Positions 47,101 through 59,900 of a DNA stretch of 64,000 nt are shown piece after piece. Origin of the DNA: Takakia lepidozioides (taxonomy: Eukaryota; Plantae; Bryophyta); NCBI GenBank assembly GCA_030704615.1, contig CM060732.1, positions 59,148,001 through 59,212,000 of the forward strand, read 5' to 3'. Made by a program: the position numbers and the translations under genes. The notes under the pieces are model-generated. The model saw nothing but the letters and a program-made list of their open reading frames with translations, made no database searches and was not told the DNA's origin. Within the stretch, counting starts at the first letter, position 1; every line of letters starts with the position of its first letter.

Positions 47101-48108
47101 TACATCTGCGGCATCCCCCGACCAAAAAGTGGCTGTTTGACACCGTCGTCAGCCCTGCTACCATCTATGGTTGTGAGTTCTGGGCACCTGGTGTCCCTGT
47201 CTCCTGGTGGGAAAAGAATTTGGAACCATTACAGTCATCTTTTCTCCAAGCAATGCTTGGCGCCGGGAGCACAACTCCATCTCAGATCCTAGGTGCAGAG
47301 TTCGCATGTGTACCATTGCAATCCGAGGCCCTCTTCACGCTTACAATCTTTCTCCATAGATTGCAGGCCCTTCCACCCAAAGGGCTAGTGGCTAGGGCCC
47401 TCACAACATCTATGAGGCTCAAAGCTGCAGGTTTCAGGAACTCCTGGTATGCTCGAGTGGATTTCAACGTAACGGACTTTCTAATGCTTTCCTATTACCA
47501 ATGAACCCAGATGAGGTGGACATCACATCCAGACATGACCGCAACATACTCATTCGGAGAGAGCTTATGGAATTACATGTCAAGAGAACTTGGATGCTAC
47601 CCAATCTCACGACAAAGCTCCACTTCTATCGAGAGACATTCTTGGTGCTCCGCGATGATAGAATCTTGAGACCAAATTACCTTTCAGCACCCTTATCTCC
47701 TTCCCTCTTGAGGGCATTGGGGCGGTTCAGGGTGGGTTCCCACAACCTACGGATAGAGACTGGCAGATGGGAAAACCTGCAACCGGAGGACCGCCTATGT
47801 CCAGCTTGCATAGGGCGCAGCAAGGAAATTGAAACTGAAGAACACTTCTTCTTCTACTGCCCTCTATACTACGAGATCCGTGGGAGATTCCACTGTTTAT
47901 TCAGTGGAACCCAAACTCTCACTGATGTCTTTCACTATGAGGATAAAAAATGCTTGGCAGCCTACCTACACGAGGCCTTCACCCTTAGACAATCGCTAGA
48001 ACATTAATTGTGGTTTCTGGATTTGTTCCTCTCTCATGTTTTCTTCCATTTTGTCCCATAAGCTCTACGAGCTTTCCGCGGACGTTATAAAGCACCATTT
48101 CATTTCAT
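44171..48108 (+). mobile_element. 5'-truncated non-LTR retrotransposon (APE + RT + CCHC; RTEX/L2-like, not a typical poly-A L1)
   Basis: ORF1 remnant (YLNDDLT); APE motifs SWNCNG/ETH/GDFNAR/SDH; RT motifs KAFDSV/QGCPLSP/YADD; C-terminal CPAC..EEHF..C; (CATTT)n tail; candidate TSD CATGTCA at 44164-44170 and 48106-48112; two frameshifts. Confidence 0.92.
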
Positions 48109-48190
48109 GTCAGTGCTAATTGTCAAGGAAGCTGGGTGGTAAAGTATATGGCTTTTGCATTATTTGAATGATTCACATGCCCCTTGTGAA

Positions 48191-51100
48191 TTGTCGCCCA
48201 GTACTGGTACTCCGCAAGGAGGATCGAGATGATGAGGACACTGCCCATGTGAAGGAAGTCACTCTCCACTTTCTGCAAGAGGTAAGTAGCGGCTAAAACA
48301 ACTTGCATGCATGTCGTTGAAAGAGGTGGGACAGACGAGAGCAGATGCCTGCGCCGTGAGCGCCATAGCCGTGGAGTTCTGGTCTACATGTGCTATCCTC
48401 ATCGTGTTGCAATCTTTCACGCCAACTTTGCTTTCTGAGTTCCTCTTAGGAAGCTTTGTGCATCGGACGTGGTTTGTACGTTGTACTTTTGTTACGTCTT
48501 TTCAGGTGAATACTTGATCATTTCCATTGATTTCCATAGCTGTCTAGGTCTGCGATGTGCACTACTGTCATGAATCATGAGTGTCCCAAACAGTGAGAAT
48601 GTACTGGACTATCTTGAGGAGAGGAAGCTCCAGTACGACAACGTTGGTAAAACTATCAAGCCACAGTCACTCGCACTGATGATGCGCTGATGCGTGAGGC
48701 AAATTAGCTGAAATTCCACGAGGACTGTCCACCCATGAAGCAGACAATGGGGGTGCATTTTCAGTGACAAACGGCTCTTTCGGTTTTGTTGACGGAATGG
48801 ATGGAATGTGATATGACAGAGTGCTACAACTTCAAGTCAGCAGATGAATGCCTCGCGAGGGTCCAAGGTTTCATGCCATGAATCAACAAGATGTTGCGTT
48901 CCTTAAGAGGTGTCTACCTTTTCTGCTCCTTCAGTCGTTGCCCATGCCATCAGCACACACGGGTAGCGTTGCCTGGTCCTTCCTGCCCACAGACATCTGC
49001 ACTTGCTGGTCACAAAAGAAAACCATGTGACTTGATACAAAGGATTGACAAACACGGTCCAAGGGTCGTCAGAAGAGAAATTAATTTAGCAGAAAGTTGA
49101 GCAGACGTAACAGCAACAGATCAACACAATCAACTATACTTGCAGCTGGGGATCACTGCTCAAGCAATAACACATGGCATCCCAAGCCTGGGTAGCCACA
49201 GCAATTCATTCCGCCTTATTGAAACAGCTCAGTTACAGTCCAGTCACAAGAACTGGTGGAGGTATGCGACCTCTTCTTTCTTTAGTGTCTGTGGCAAACG
49301 TTCTAGTGGTGGGTGTAGGTATTCCACCCTCGGAAGAAAAAAGCAAAACACAAATTAGTCCTAGCAAAAAATAACATGCACGTACGGCGTAAATGCATGT
49401 CGCTCACCTCCCATCCTCCCCCGAGCTTTTTATTTTTATGTCTCGCAAGAGACAACTACTTGTGCCCTATTGCAGTATTTATATACGACAAGTAAAACAA
49501 TACAAAGGATATGGGATTATTACAATTAACTGGGAGGAGTGAATATGGTTCATTAAAAGATGGTTTCCATTTACTGTCCCCATTTGATTTTCTTAGACAT
49601 AACCAACCCTAGGTCTACTCATCATATTCCTCCCTCTGCCAAGTTGACTATCCAAATGTAAAATAATACCTACATTCCCCCGCCCAGGTGGGTATCTAGT
49701 ATCTACATATAGTGCAGAGAATACGTAGACAGAAGTTGGTTATGAAAATGAGGTCATGCGATCCTGCGATCCTGCGTCATCTGCTCTTCTCTTTCACTCG
49801 CATCCTACTTTCCTGGCGACATGCAAACTCATTTCTTCGCCTTTTGAGAACCTGCGGTGATTGGCGCCCCTGAAGATTAGGTAGTCAACTTTTGAAGTTT
49901 TTTGCCATACACGAGGAGTTCCCCAGGATTTGGGAGCGGAAAGTGATATGCAGATGGTTAAACTGAAAGCGCATGTTATACTTGTGGGTGGGTAGATCGC
50001 AGATTTCGCTTTGGCAGACTGTAACCGCCACAGCGAAACGACCCAGAAAACGGGAGACAAACAAGGAAAAGATGGAAGATTTGCTAGATAATTAACCGGG
50101 GATCTTCGTTCCTCTGCATACATAGATTTCCCGAGAAGATTTCCTGCACTGCTAGATAATTATCCGCGCGCTAGGGGGACCTTCGTTCATCTGCATACAT
50201 AGATTTCCTGAGAAGATTTCCTGCAGTGCCCATGCCGAGCTTGTAGAGGATACCTGAAGGAACACACAGGGACAGATAGAACGAGTCCGTTTCAGAGAGA
50301 GAGGTCTTCCGTACCATACATTGGAGATTTCTGAGAGTTTTGCATAGACTGTAAATCCCATTGTGCTGTTAGAACAGTTACTTTCCTATCAGCGAAGAGA
50401 CAGCGAGGGAAAGGGAGTTGGCAAGGTTTTGAGAATTTTGAAATCTAGATGGGTCCTTCAATGGAAATCTACAAGAAAATCAACGTCGCACGCTGTGTAT
50501 GTGTCATTTATTGGCAGTTTGCGTAATTATTTTGGACGGGACTGATCAGGAAGAAAAACAAAAGAAGAACAGATGTGGACAATGATATCCGAAGATCACC
50601 AGCTGGTAATACCTGATTGTGTACACTGATCTATGACGCGAGAGAGTGTTTGTTATAGAAACAATCCAGTCACAAGAATTACTGGAGGTACGTGACCCAC
50701 CCTGTTCATTCCGATCTGTGGCAAACATTCTAACTGCGAAGCTCTTATGGTGGGTGTAGGTATTCCAACCCTCGACCGTCCACACCAAGAAGAAACCAAA
50801 ACAGCACAAAGTGAAATGCATGTGGCTCACCTCCCATCCTATCTATCATCCATCTACCAGGTCGGTTTAGGGCAATTGTTTTAATCAGGATTATCCCATA
50901 TCGTTTGTATTGTTTTTACTTGCTTCTATAAATACTGAAATAGGGCACAAGTTGGTATCTCTTGCGAGACATAAAAGTAAAACGCTCGGGGGAGGATGGG
51001 AGGTGAGCCACCGTGCATGTTATTTTTTGCTCTTAATTTCTGTTTTGTCCATGTACATTTGGATCAATTCCCTGTAAAACCACGATGCCACATTTAGTGA

Positions 51101-51856
51101 AAGGCGATTACACCACCCCAGCGGTTTAGGTATTCGAACCCTCGTCCGTAGCGGTCCAAATACATGGAGAAAAAAAGAAAAACAGAAATTAGGAGCAAAA
51201 AAGAACATGCAGGGAAATGCATGTCGCTCGCCTCCCATCCTCCCCCGAGCCACCAACTTGTGCGCTATTTCAGAATTTATAGCAGCAAGTCAAAACGATG
51301 CAAACGATATGGGATAATATTGACCAAAAGAATTGCCCTAAACTGGGTACTTGTGGCTTGGTTGTTCGAATAAGTAAGTAAAATGACCGATCAGGATTAT
51401 TGTGGCGAGTTATGGAAGCCACAAGGGGGCTGTCAAGGCCCTGCATTTCTGAAACACTGGGGGCTCTGGGGGCTCGGATATACATCGGTGGGAGAAAGAG
51501 AGATCAGGTCCGTGCAGGAATGGACAGTGAGGGTCAACAAGGCCCCACAGATCTGCTTGAACCATTCATGCAGGGACAACATCATTTTGTATGTTTTTAT
51601 GTAGGAGATTGGAAGCAACCTCTGACTCCTTATATGTAGGCCCCCATGCTTGACAAAAACTGTGATGCTTTTGCTTTCTGTATGTTCTTCCCTAGCTTCC
51701 ATGGGAAATTTGATAAGATTGAAGCATACTTGCAATTTGTGGAGTTGTTCGTCTTTTGAGAAGGCTGGGTAGTGTGCGAAGGAAGGATGCCTGCATGACC
51801 ACCATCATAGTCTGGTGCATTGACGCAGGATCCTTACTACGCTTCCCTGCAACAAT
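48191..51856. repeat. Local duplication unit, rearranged copy at 54500-57605
   Basis: High identity. The second copy carries a LINE-tail insert and lacks 48651-49280 and ~51543-51702. Confidence 0.9.
50865..51343. repeat. Foldback/MITE-like imperfect inverted repeat (arms ~170-180 bp)
   Basis: 50865-51046 is the reverse complement of 51178-51343; an extra arm copy lies at ~49360-49530. Confidence 0.75.
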
Positions 51857-51878
51857 CACATGAATCTTTTTGTGCGTC

Positions 51879-52138
51879 CCCTGTAGGGGGAAATATGTCA
51901 AATCCCCTATCTACAGGAAGGGGATTCGACGGAAAAAGATAGTATGCAGGGTTTTTTTTGGTCATTGGGGAAAGTGGGACCACAGGGGATATTACACGTA
52001 GGGGATATGCAGGGGTATTACACACAGGGGATATGCACGTAGGGGATATGCAGGGGGTATTACAAGCAGGGGATATGCCCCAAGGGGATAAGGGCATATA
52101 TATCACCATAGGGATACGAAATAGGGATGCCTACACGG
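51879..52138. mobile_element. Possible small non-autonomous TIR element with AGGGGATAT subterminal repeats
   Basis: Ends CCCTGTAGG / CCTACACGG (one mismatch); several AGGGGATAT-like motifs; no clear TSD. Confidence 0.4.
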
Positions 52139-52484
52139 TTTGGGCTCTACACAGATATTCTTGGAGCACACACACTTTAGAAACCAGCTTTTCTGTTGAA
52201 CTCAAACCGTTTTTTTCACTGTCTTCCCTTCTAATGTCAAAATGGCAAGACACCAGATGTATCATATTAGCTCAAAAGGGCCAGAAAGGCATTTATCTGC
52301 AATGTGCCAACTGTTGAAACTCCACTAATAATTGCTGACAATTGTACTGCAAGAACCCTCAAGCGTTGAGGGTCAGCTGAATGTCATATACGTCCATGAC
52401 GCAAATCTCCACATCTGTTTAACTTATTGTCAACAAATTATAAACTTATAAACCACTCTCTAGCATTTCATTCAATAACAACTT

Positions 52485-52914
52485 CAATACCGTCTGGGGA
52501 CTTAGCTGACTTCATTTTCAACTTCTCAACAGTCATGCCTACAAGTTCTGCCACTTCTTCATCCCATGGTTGGCGGCCATGTTCCTGAATCAACATCTTC
52601 TTAGCTTTGTTGATCCGCGCTATTATCTCATAGACATGAATCTGCAAGGAACACCCACCATAACAATGGGTCCACTTTCACTTTTACAAAATGCAGAGCT
52701 ACAACTGTATTCATTCATGCGAAGTTCTTCAGATTAGTTTCATGCTGGTGTGACAAGCCAAAAGGCCACATATAGGCAAGCGGATGGTTCTTGACTGCTC
52801 AGCTATTGCATGCGTGATGGCCTGCCGAATCCACCAGAAAGCAAATGTGGAGAACTTGAACCCCTTCTTGGGATCAAACTTTTCATCTCCACGAATCAAA
52901 CCCAAGCTCCCTTC
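52485..52914 (-). pseudogene. Plastid sigma-70 factor fragment (regions 2-3), two exons
   Basis: 52914-52774 reads [47 protein letters not shown] (donor GT>AT). 52641-52485 reads IHVYEIIARINKAKKMLIQEHGRQPWDEEVAELVGMTVEKLK. Confidence 0.92.
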
Positions 52915-53137
52915 CTGCCAAAGAAAATGTACAGTTTTGAGTCAGATACGACAGGTGCATACGACAAGAACATGATGCTGACCACATCCGTTGATATTAC
53001 ATTTTGAACGAGTTGGACACAATGCAAAGTCTTTTGAGGCACTCAGATCTTCCGAGAGAAACACTGGATAACCATGTATTGACATTAAACACATTACAAC
53101 TAGCTGGTGTGCACGTTGGGAATAGAAGATCAACCCT

Positions 53138-53206
53138 CCTTTGAACCAGTCTTAAGCCTGTGAAACCTGTTGCTCCCTGTAATTGCCACAATCATCTTAT
53201 CTGTCT
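53138..53206 (-). pseudogene. NAD-binding epimerase (GC1/SulA-like) N-terminal exon remnant
   Basis: TDKMIVAITG/ATGFTGLRLVQR with one +G frameshift; GxxGxxG motif. Confidence 0.55.
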
Positions 53207-53298
53207 GCAACAACTCCAGTGCATTGAATCTATGAGAGGCCTGTCCAAACTCGACCTACTTCTGAATCAAACAGTATAAATGCCTCGTAGACATCAAA

Positions 53299-53685
53299 CA
53301 CAATTAATGTTCTAGCGATTGTCTAAGGGTGAAGGCCTCGTGTAGGTAGGCTGCCACGCATTTTTGATCCTCATAGTGAAAGACATCAGTGAGAGTTTGG
53401 GTTCCACTGAATAAACAGTGAAATCTCCCACGGATCTCGTAGTATAGAGGGCAGTAGAAGAAGAAGTGTTCTTCAGTTTCAATTTCCTTGCTGCGCCCTA
53501 TGCAAGCTGGACATAGGCGGTCCTCCCGTTGCAGGTTTTCCCATCTGCCAGTCTCTATCCGTAGGTTGTGGGAACCCACCCTGAACCGCCCCAATGCCCT
53601 CAAGAGGGAAGGAGATAAGGGTGCTGAAAGGTAATTTGGTCTCAAGATTCTATCATCGCGGAGCACCAAGAATGTCTCTCGATAG
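53299..53685 (-). mobile_element. Internal fragment of the LINE family (C-terminal zinc-finger region, no tail)
   Basis: Inverted near-identical copy of ~47626-48012. Confidence 0.9.
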
Positions 53686-54064
53686 CAAGACAAAGCAAGG
53701 TGCCCAATATCAAAACATTTCTGGGAGACTGCACTGCTTGAAACTCGGGACAAAGAACCCCTATCTGCAAATGCCTGTCAGTTGATCTGAGATTGAACTT
53801 TAATCTCGGTAAAAGTACCAGTTCAGATAATAGAGGGAGAGACCTCGCTGCCATAAATCTACAACAAGCCCACAGACAGTCGGTCCCAAGGTGAGCGTTG
53901 AGGCGAAATTTTTCCAAAATGTACAGTTGTGCAATTCCCGAAGGGTGTCAGTGATCGTTCACTGGGTGAGACGATGTCTACCACCCTTGCAGCAACTGCT
54001 AGAAAACAAGGCATAAATGAGGAATTGCATATGATGACTACCACGCAAGGATTAACCATCACAC

Positions 54065-54141
54065 ATGGCTTTTGTTGGGGGTCCAGCTCCAGGGCTCTGT
54101 CAAATTCCGCCTCCGACCCATCCCCCTGTGCGAACATGCCA
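54065..54141 (-). pseudogene. TPR protein exon remnant
   Basis: GMFAQGDGSEAEFDRALELDPQQKP, a TPR helix-B consensus (F.RALELDP). Confidence 0.55.
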
Positions 54142-54942
54142 TTAATCAAGATTATGATATACTGGGCAAAGACGGACACAATTGACCACGAACTCTCTAC
54201 TTCTGCCTCCCGTACCCACTTAACAGTGGATGACCCGAAAAGAGGTGGGGGTTGACCTGACAGTGGAGGAGACAGAACTAGAATACCATCGTTCACAAAA
54301 TCGACAGTCAACTGGCTGGCATTCCAGAAAAATCATAAAGTAACTCTCTTCGAAATGATGCACCTGCGCAAAAAGCTTCATGCCTCGTCGCGTTGCCAGG
54401 AGCTTCCTGTGGACATCCAACTGTGGTGGCCATAGCCCTCGCTGCAGCGACAGCTACAACAGCCGCCCCCACCCACAAGGCTGTGCCCACGACGACCACT
54501 TGTCGCCCAGTACTGGTACTCCGCAAGGAGGATCGAGATGATGAGGACACTGCCCATGAGAAGGAAGTCACTCTCCACTTTCTGCAAGAGGTAAGTAGCG
54601 GCTAAAACAACTTGCATGCATGTCGTTGAAAGACGTGGGACAGACGAGAGCAGATGCCTGCGCCGTGAGCGCCATAGCCGAGTAGTTCTCGTCTGGATTG
54701 TGGTCCTACATGTGCTATCCTCATCGTGTTGCAATCTTTCACGCCAACTTTGCTTTCTGAGTTCCTCTTAGGAAGCTTTGTGCATCGGACGTGGTTTGTA
54801 CGTTGTACTTTTGTTACGTCTTGTCAGGTGAATGCTTGATCATTTCCATTGATTTCCATAGCTGTCTAGGTCTGCGATGTGTACTACTGTCATGAATCAT
54901 GAGTGTCCCAAACAGTGAGAATATACTGGACTATCTTGAGGA

Positions 54943-55149
54943 GAAATGAAATGGTGCTTTATAACGTCCGCGGAAAGCTCGTAGAGCTTATGGGACAAAA
55001 TGGAAGAAAACATGAGAGAGGAACAAATCCAGAAACCACAATTAATGTTCTAGCGATTGTCTAAGGGTGAAGGCCTCGTGTAGGTAGGCTGCCAAGCATT
55101 TTTGATCCTCATAGTGAAAGACATCAGTGAGAGTTTGGGTTCCACTGAA
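54943..55149 (-). mobile_element. 207-bp 3' end of the LINE family
   Basis: Inverted copy of ~47900-48106 including the CATTT tail; empty site at ~48620. Confidence 0.9.
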
Positions 55150-56931
55150 GAGGAAGCTCCAGTACGACAACGTTGGTAAGATTTAGTGTCTGTGGCAAAC
55201 GTTCTAGTGGTGGGTGTAGGTATTCCACCCTCGGAAGAAAAAGCAAAACACAAATTAGTCCTAGCAAAAAATAACATGCACGTACGGCGTAAATGCATGT
55301 CGCTCACCTCCCATCCTCCCCCGAGCTTTTTATTTTTATGTCTCGTCTCGCAAGAGACAACTACTTGTGCCCTATTGCAGTATTTATATACGACAAGTAA
55401 AACAATACAAAGGATATGGGATTATTACAATTAACTGGGAGGAGTGAATATGGTTCATTAAAAGATGGTTTCCATCCATTACTGTGTCCCCATTTGATTT
55501 TCTTAGACAATAAACCAACCCTAGGTTCTACTCATCATATTCCTCCCTCTGCCAAAGTTGACTCTCCAAATATATAGATAATACCTACATTCCCCGCCCA
55601 GGTGGGTATCTAGTATCTACATATAGTGCAGAGAATGCGTGACAGAAGTTGGTTATGAAAATGAGGTCATGCGATCCTGCGATCCTGCGTCATCTGCTCT
55701 TCTCTTTCACTCGCATCCTACTTTCCTGGCGACATGCAAACTCATGTCTTCGCCTTTTGAGAACTGCGGTGATTGGCGCCCTGGAAGATTAGGTAGTCAA
55801 CTTTTGAAGTTTTTTGCCATACACGAGGAGTTCCCAGGATTTGGGAGCGGAAAGTGATATGCAGATGGTTAAACTGAAAGCGCATGTTATACTTGTGGGT
55901 GGGTAGATCGCAGATTTCGCTTTGGCAGACTGTAACCGCCACAGCGAAACGACCCAGAAAACGGGAGACAAACAAGGAAAAGATGGAAGATTTGCTAGAT
56001 AATTAACCGGGGATCTTCGTTCATCTGCATACATAGATTTCCGAGAAGATTCCTGCACTGCTAGATAATTATCCGCGCGCTAGGGGGTCTTCGTTCATCT
56101 GCATAAATAGATTTCCTGAGAAGATTTCCTGCAGTGCACATGCCGAGCTTGTAGAGGATATCGGGCCGAACGTAAATGCTACCTGAAGGAACACACAGGG
56201 AAGATAGAACGAGTCCGTTTCAGAGAGAGAGGTCTTCCGTACCATACATTGGAGATTTCTGAGAGTTTTGCATAGACTGTAAATCCCATTGTGTGCTGTA
56301 GAACAGTTACTTTCCTATCAGCGAAGAGACAGCGAGGGAAGGGAGTTGGCAAGGTTTTGAGAATTTGAATTTAGATGGGTCCTTCAATGGAAATCTACAA
56401 GAAAATCAAACGTCGCACGCTGTGTATGTGTCATTTATTGGCAGTTTGCGTAATTATTTTGGACGGGACTGATCAGGAAGAAAAACAAAAGAAGACAGAT
56501 GTGGACAATGATATCCGAAGATCACCAGCTGGTAATACTGATTGTGTACACTGATCTATGACGCGAGAGAGTGTTTGTTATAGAAACAATCCAGTCACAG
56601 AATTACTGGAGGTACGTGACCACCCTGTTCATTCCGATCTGTGGCAAACATTCTAGCTGCGAAGCTCTTATGGTGGGTGTAGGTATTCCAACCCTCGACC
56701 GTCCACACAAGAAAACCAAAACAGCACAAAGTGAAATGCATGTGGCTCACCTCCCATCCTATCTATCATCCATCTACCAGGTCGGTTAGGGCAATTGTTT
56801 TAATCAGGATTATCCCATATCGTTTGTATTGTTTTTACTTGCTTCTATAAATACTGAAATAGGGCACAAGTTGGTATCTCTTGCGAGACATAAAAGTAAA
56901 ACGCTCGGGGGAGGATGGGAGGTGAGCCACC

Positions 56932-59900
56932 GTGCATGTTATTTTTTGCTCTTAATTTCTGTTTTGTCCATGTACATTTGGATCAATTCCCTGTAAACCA
57001 CGATGCCACATTTAGTGAAAGGCGATTACACCACCCCAGCGGTTTAGGTATTCGAACCCTCGTCCGTAGCGGTCCAAATACATGGAGAAAAAAAGAAAAA
57101 CAGAAATAGGAGCAAAAAAGAACATGCAGGGAAATGCATGTCGCTCGCCTCCCATCCTCCCCCGAGCCACCAACTTGTGCGCTATTTCAGAATTTATAGC
57201 AGCAAGTCAAAACGATGCAAACGATATGGGATAATATTGACCAAAAGAATTGCCCTAAACTGGGTACTTGTGGCTTGGTTGTTCGAATAAGTAATTAAAA
57301 TGACCGATCAGGATTATTGTGGCGAGTTATGGAAGCGACAAGGGGGCTGTCTGCCCTGCATTTCTGAAACACTGGGGGGGGGGCTCGGATATACATCGGT
57401 GGGAGAAAGAGAGATCAGGTCCGTGCAGGAATGGACAGTGAGGGTCAACAAGGGGAAATTTGATAAGATTGAAGCATACTTGCAATTTGTGGAGTTGTTC
57501 GTCTTTTGCGAAGGCTGGGTAGTGTGCGAAGAAGGATGCCTGCATGACCACCATCATAGTCTGGTGCATTGACGCAGGATCCTTACTACGCTTCCCTGCA
57601 ACAATATGATAAGGGGAGCAGGCTGACTATTCAATGGAGCATCTCTGGATGTGCTTCCACCAATCACCATCCACTTCTCCTCCTATGTCATCTACAATGT
57701 GAATTTCTGGCTAGGGTTGCTCACCCTTTACAATTGTAGTCCAAGTACTTCGGCTATAAGAAGTATTGTCCTAAGCTCGAAGAGCTCATGCCCTGTCTAG
57801 AAGTGTGATGTTGATGGATGCGATCATGTGTGCGTGCAGCCTTTCAGAGGACAGGACAGGACAGCTTGGGAAGGGTGTCACCAAGTAATTGATGAATGCT
57901 ATGGATTGGATTCAGATGTGAACTAGAATGTAGAAAACTAGACTGTTTATAATGAACACTGAATGGGATGCCTTTCATGCTCAATATCATAATAATTCTT
58001 GTGTCAATCTTGAGCTTCAAAATTAATTAGTATGTGATCTGGAAGATAATGCCCATTCTGTCTCAATGCATCTTCATTTCCTCCATTTGCACTATATGGC
58101 AATGCACTAATGTCGAGCCACAACTCTGGTGACCATGGTTCTTTACAAGGTACAGCCTTCCAACATTGTGAGTTCAAAGTGTGTTTGACAAACGAAAGCT
58201 TTAATGTCCAAACCAATTTTTGCAATTTGAGGGTTCATCTTGCTTCAGGGTAAACTGTTGATAATTGCCCGGCCCTTTCAACTTGTGAAAGTTTTGAAAG
58301 ATGGTTTCTCTATGTAATCAGGGATGAAAGTCTTACTTAAAATGACTTCTATCTAGAACTTCCCTCAACAGCAAAACCACTTTCTTCCTCAGCGGCTCTT
58401 CGATCAACAATGGGCATCTCGGTATCATGCACAGAGCGATTGAGAGAGAGCCGTCGCTATGTCCCTAGATATACTCTTTGGTATTGTGACACAAATCTGT
58501 ACACAAATACTAGGATCTTAGTGGGCTGCATTGTAGGCAGCCCTTAATGCCTCGCCATTAGGGATCTCTTGGTCATTCCTGGTGGCACTTTTGAAGTTTC
58601 GGACTAACAGGGAAGGCGGGGTCCATAGTGGTAGCTAACATGCATGAACAAGTCCACAGGCACCAAGGCGGGTGGTTATGATGATATGAGAAATGCATTC
58701 AGATTACAAGCAAGACCCAATTTGGCTCATACCTTGCGAGGCTCTATGATGTCACACCAAACCATTTCTGCTTTCAGTCATGACCTGAAATAAGATTCTT
58801 CACACCTGCAGTTTTAAGTAGAATCAGAGAAGATGCTATTTTGGCATAATAGGTAGAAGACTTGGCTCAATTGATGATCTAGAATATTGGATGGCATATT
58901 CAAGATGATCTCTGGATATTCTTCTGAATCAACCCAACAAATAGTTCAACTTACTATAACTCCTCTATAACTGATCATATTCCAAATTAATTACAGCAGA
59001 AGTAGATATATCTTTTCTACAGATCACACACGATCTCTACCACCGAGCTCCTTCTTTCCCACCAAGCTGGCTCCTACCTTCATATATGCCACCGAGGCTC
59101 CTTCTCTCTCATGCTTCTCTCCCACCGAGGGCTCCTTCCATTACAGCACTGTGTATATATACGCCGCCGAGCCTCCTTCTCTCTCATCCTTCTCTTCACC
59201 GAGGCTACTTCCTTCACATCACACTGCATATATATGCCCCTCCTCCCTCTCTCTAGCTCCTTCTCTCTCATGCTTCTCTCCCAACGAGGCTCCTTCCATT
59301 ACAGCACAGTACACTGTGGATATATACGCCACCGAGGCTCCTTCTCCCCCATCCTTCTCTCCCACCGAGGCTACTTCCTATGCACTGTATATATATGCCC
59401 CTCCTCCCTCTCTCTCCGACATCTCTCTTAGCGTTTGCGGCCTCCATCAGTAGTTGTTTTGTGCTGCTATTTTTGGCTCCGCTCTTTGGTTCTTGTTCCT
59501 TCTTGTTTCCTGCTTTCCTTTGTTCCATAAGCTCTTTGAGCTTTCTGCTCCAGAAGTTTGAAGCTCCATTTGTGGGGCCCCAAGTGTTGAGCGGCACCAG
59601 CTAGTTGGTGGAGCTGTGAGGTGGTGAGTAACTGCAGGATCAGGAGGATCAGGAGGACGAGAGAGACGAAGGGAACCATGAGTATGGGCCTGGTGGCACT
59701 GGTGGTGGGTCTGATGCTGCTAGCCATGGTCAACCATGTGTAGGGTGCTGTTCCGTACAGCAACGAAGTGACCATTACCATCGTAAACAAGATCGCAGAT
59801 GGGTTCATGAGCCAGCCCATGGAACCATATTCGCCTGAACCATTGTCGGATGTCTCAGTTAATTGCTATTCTGATTTGTTGCAGCCTGATCCCCATGGGG

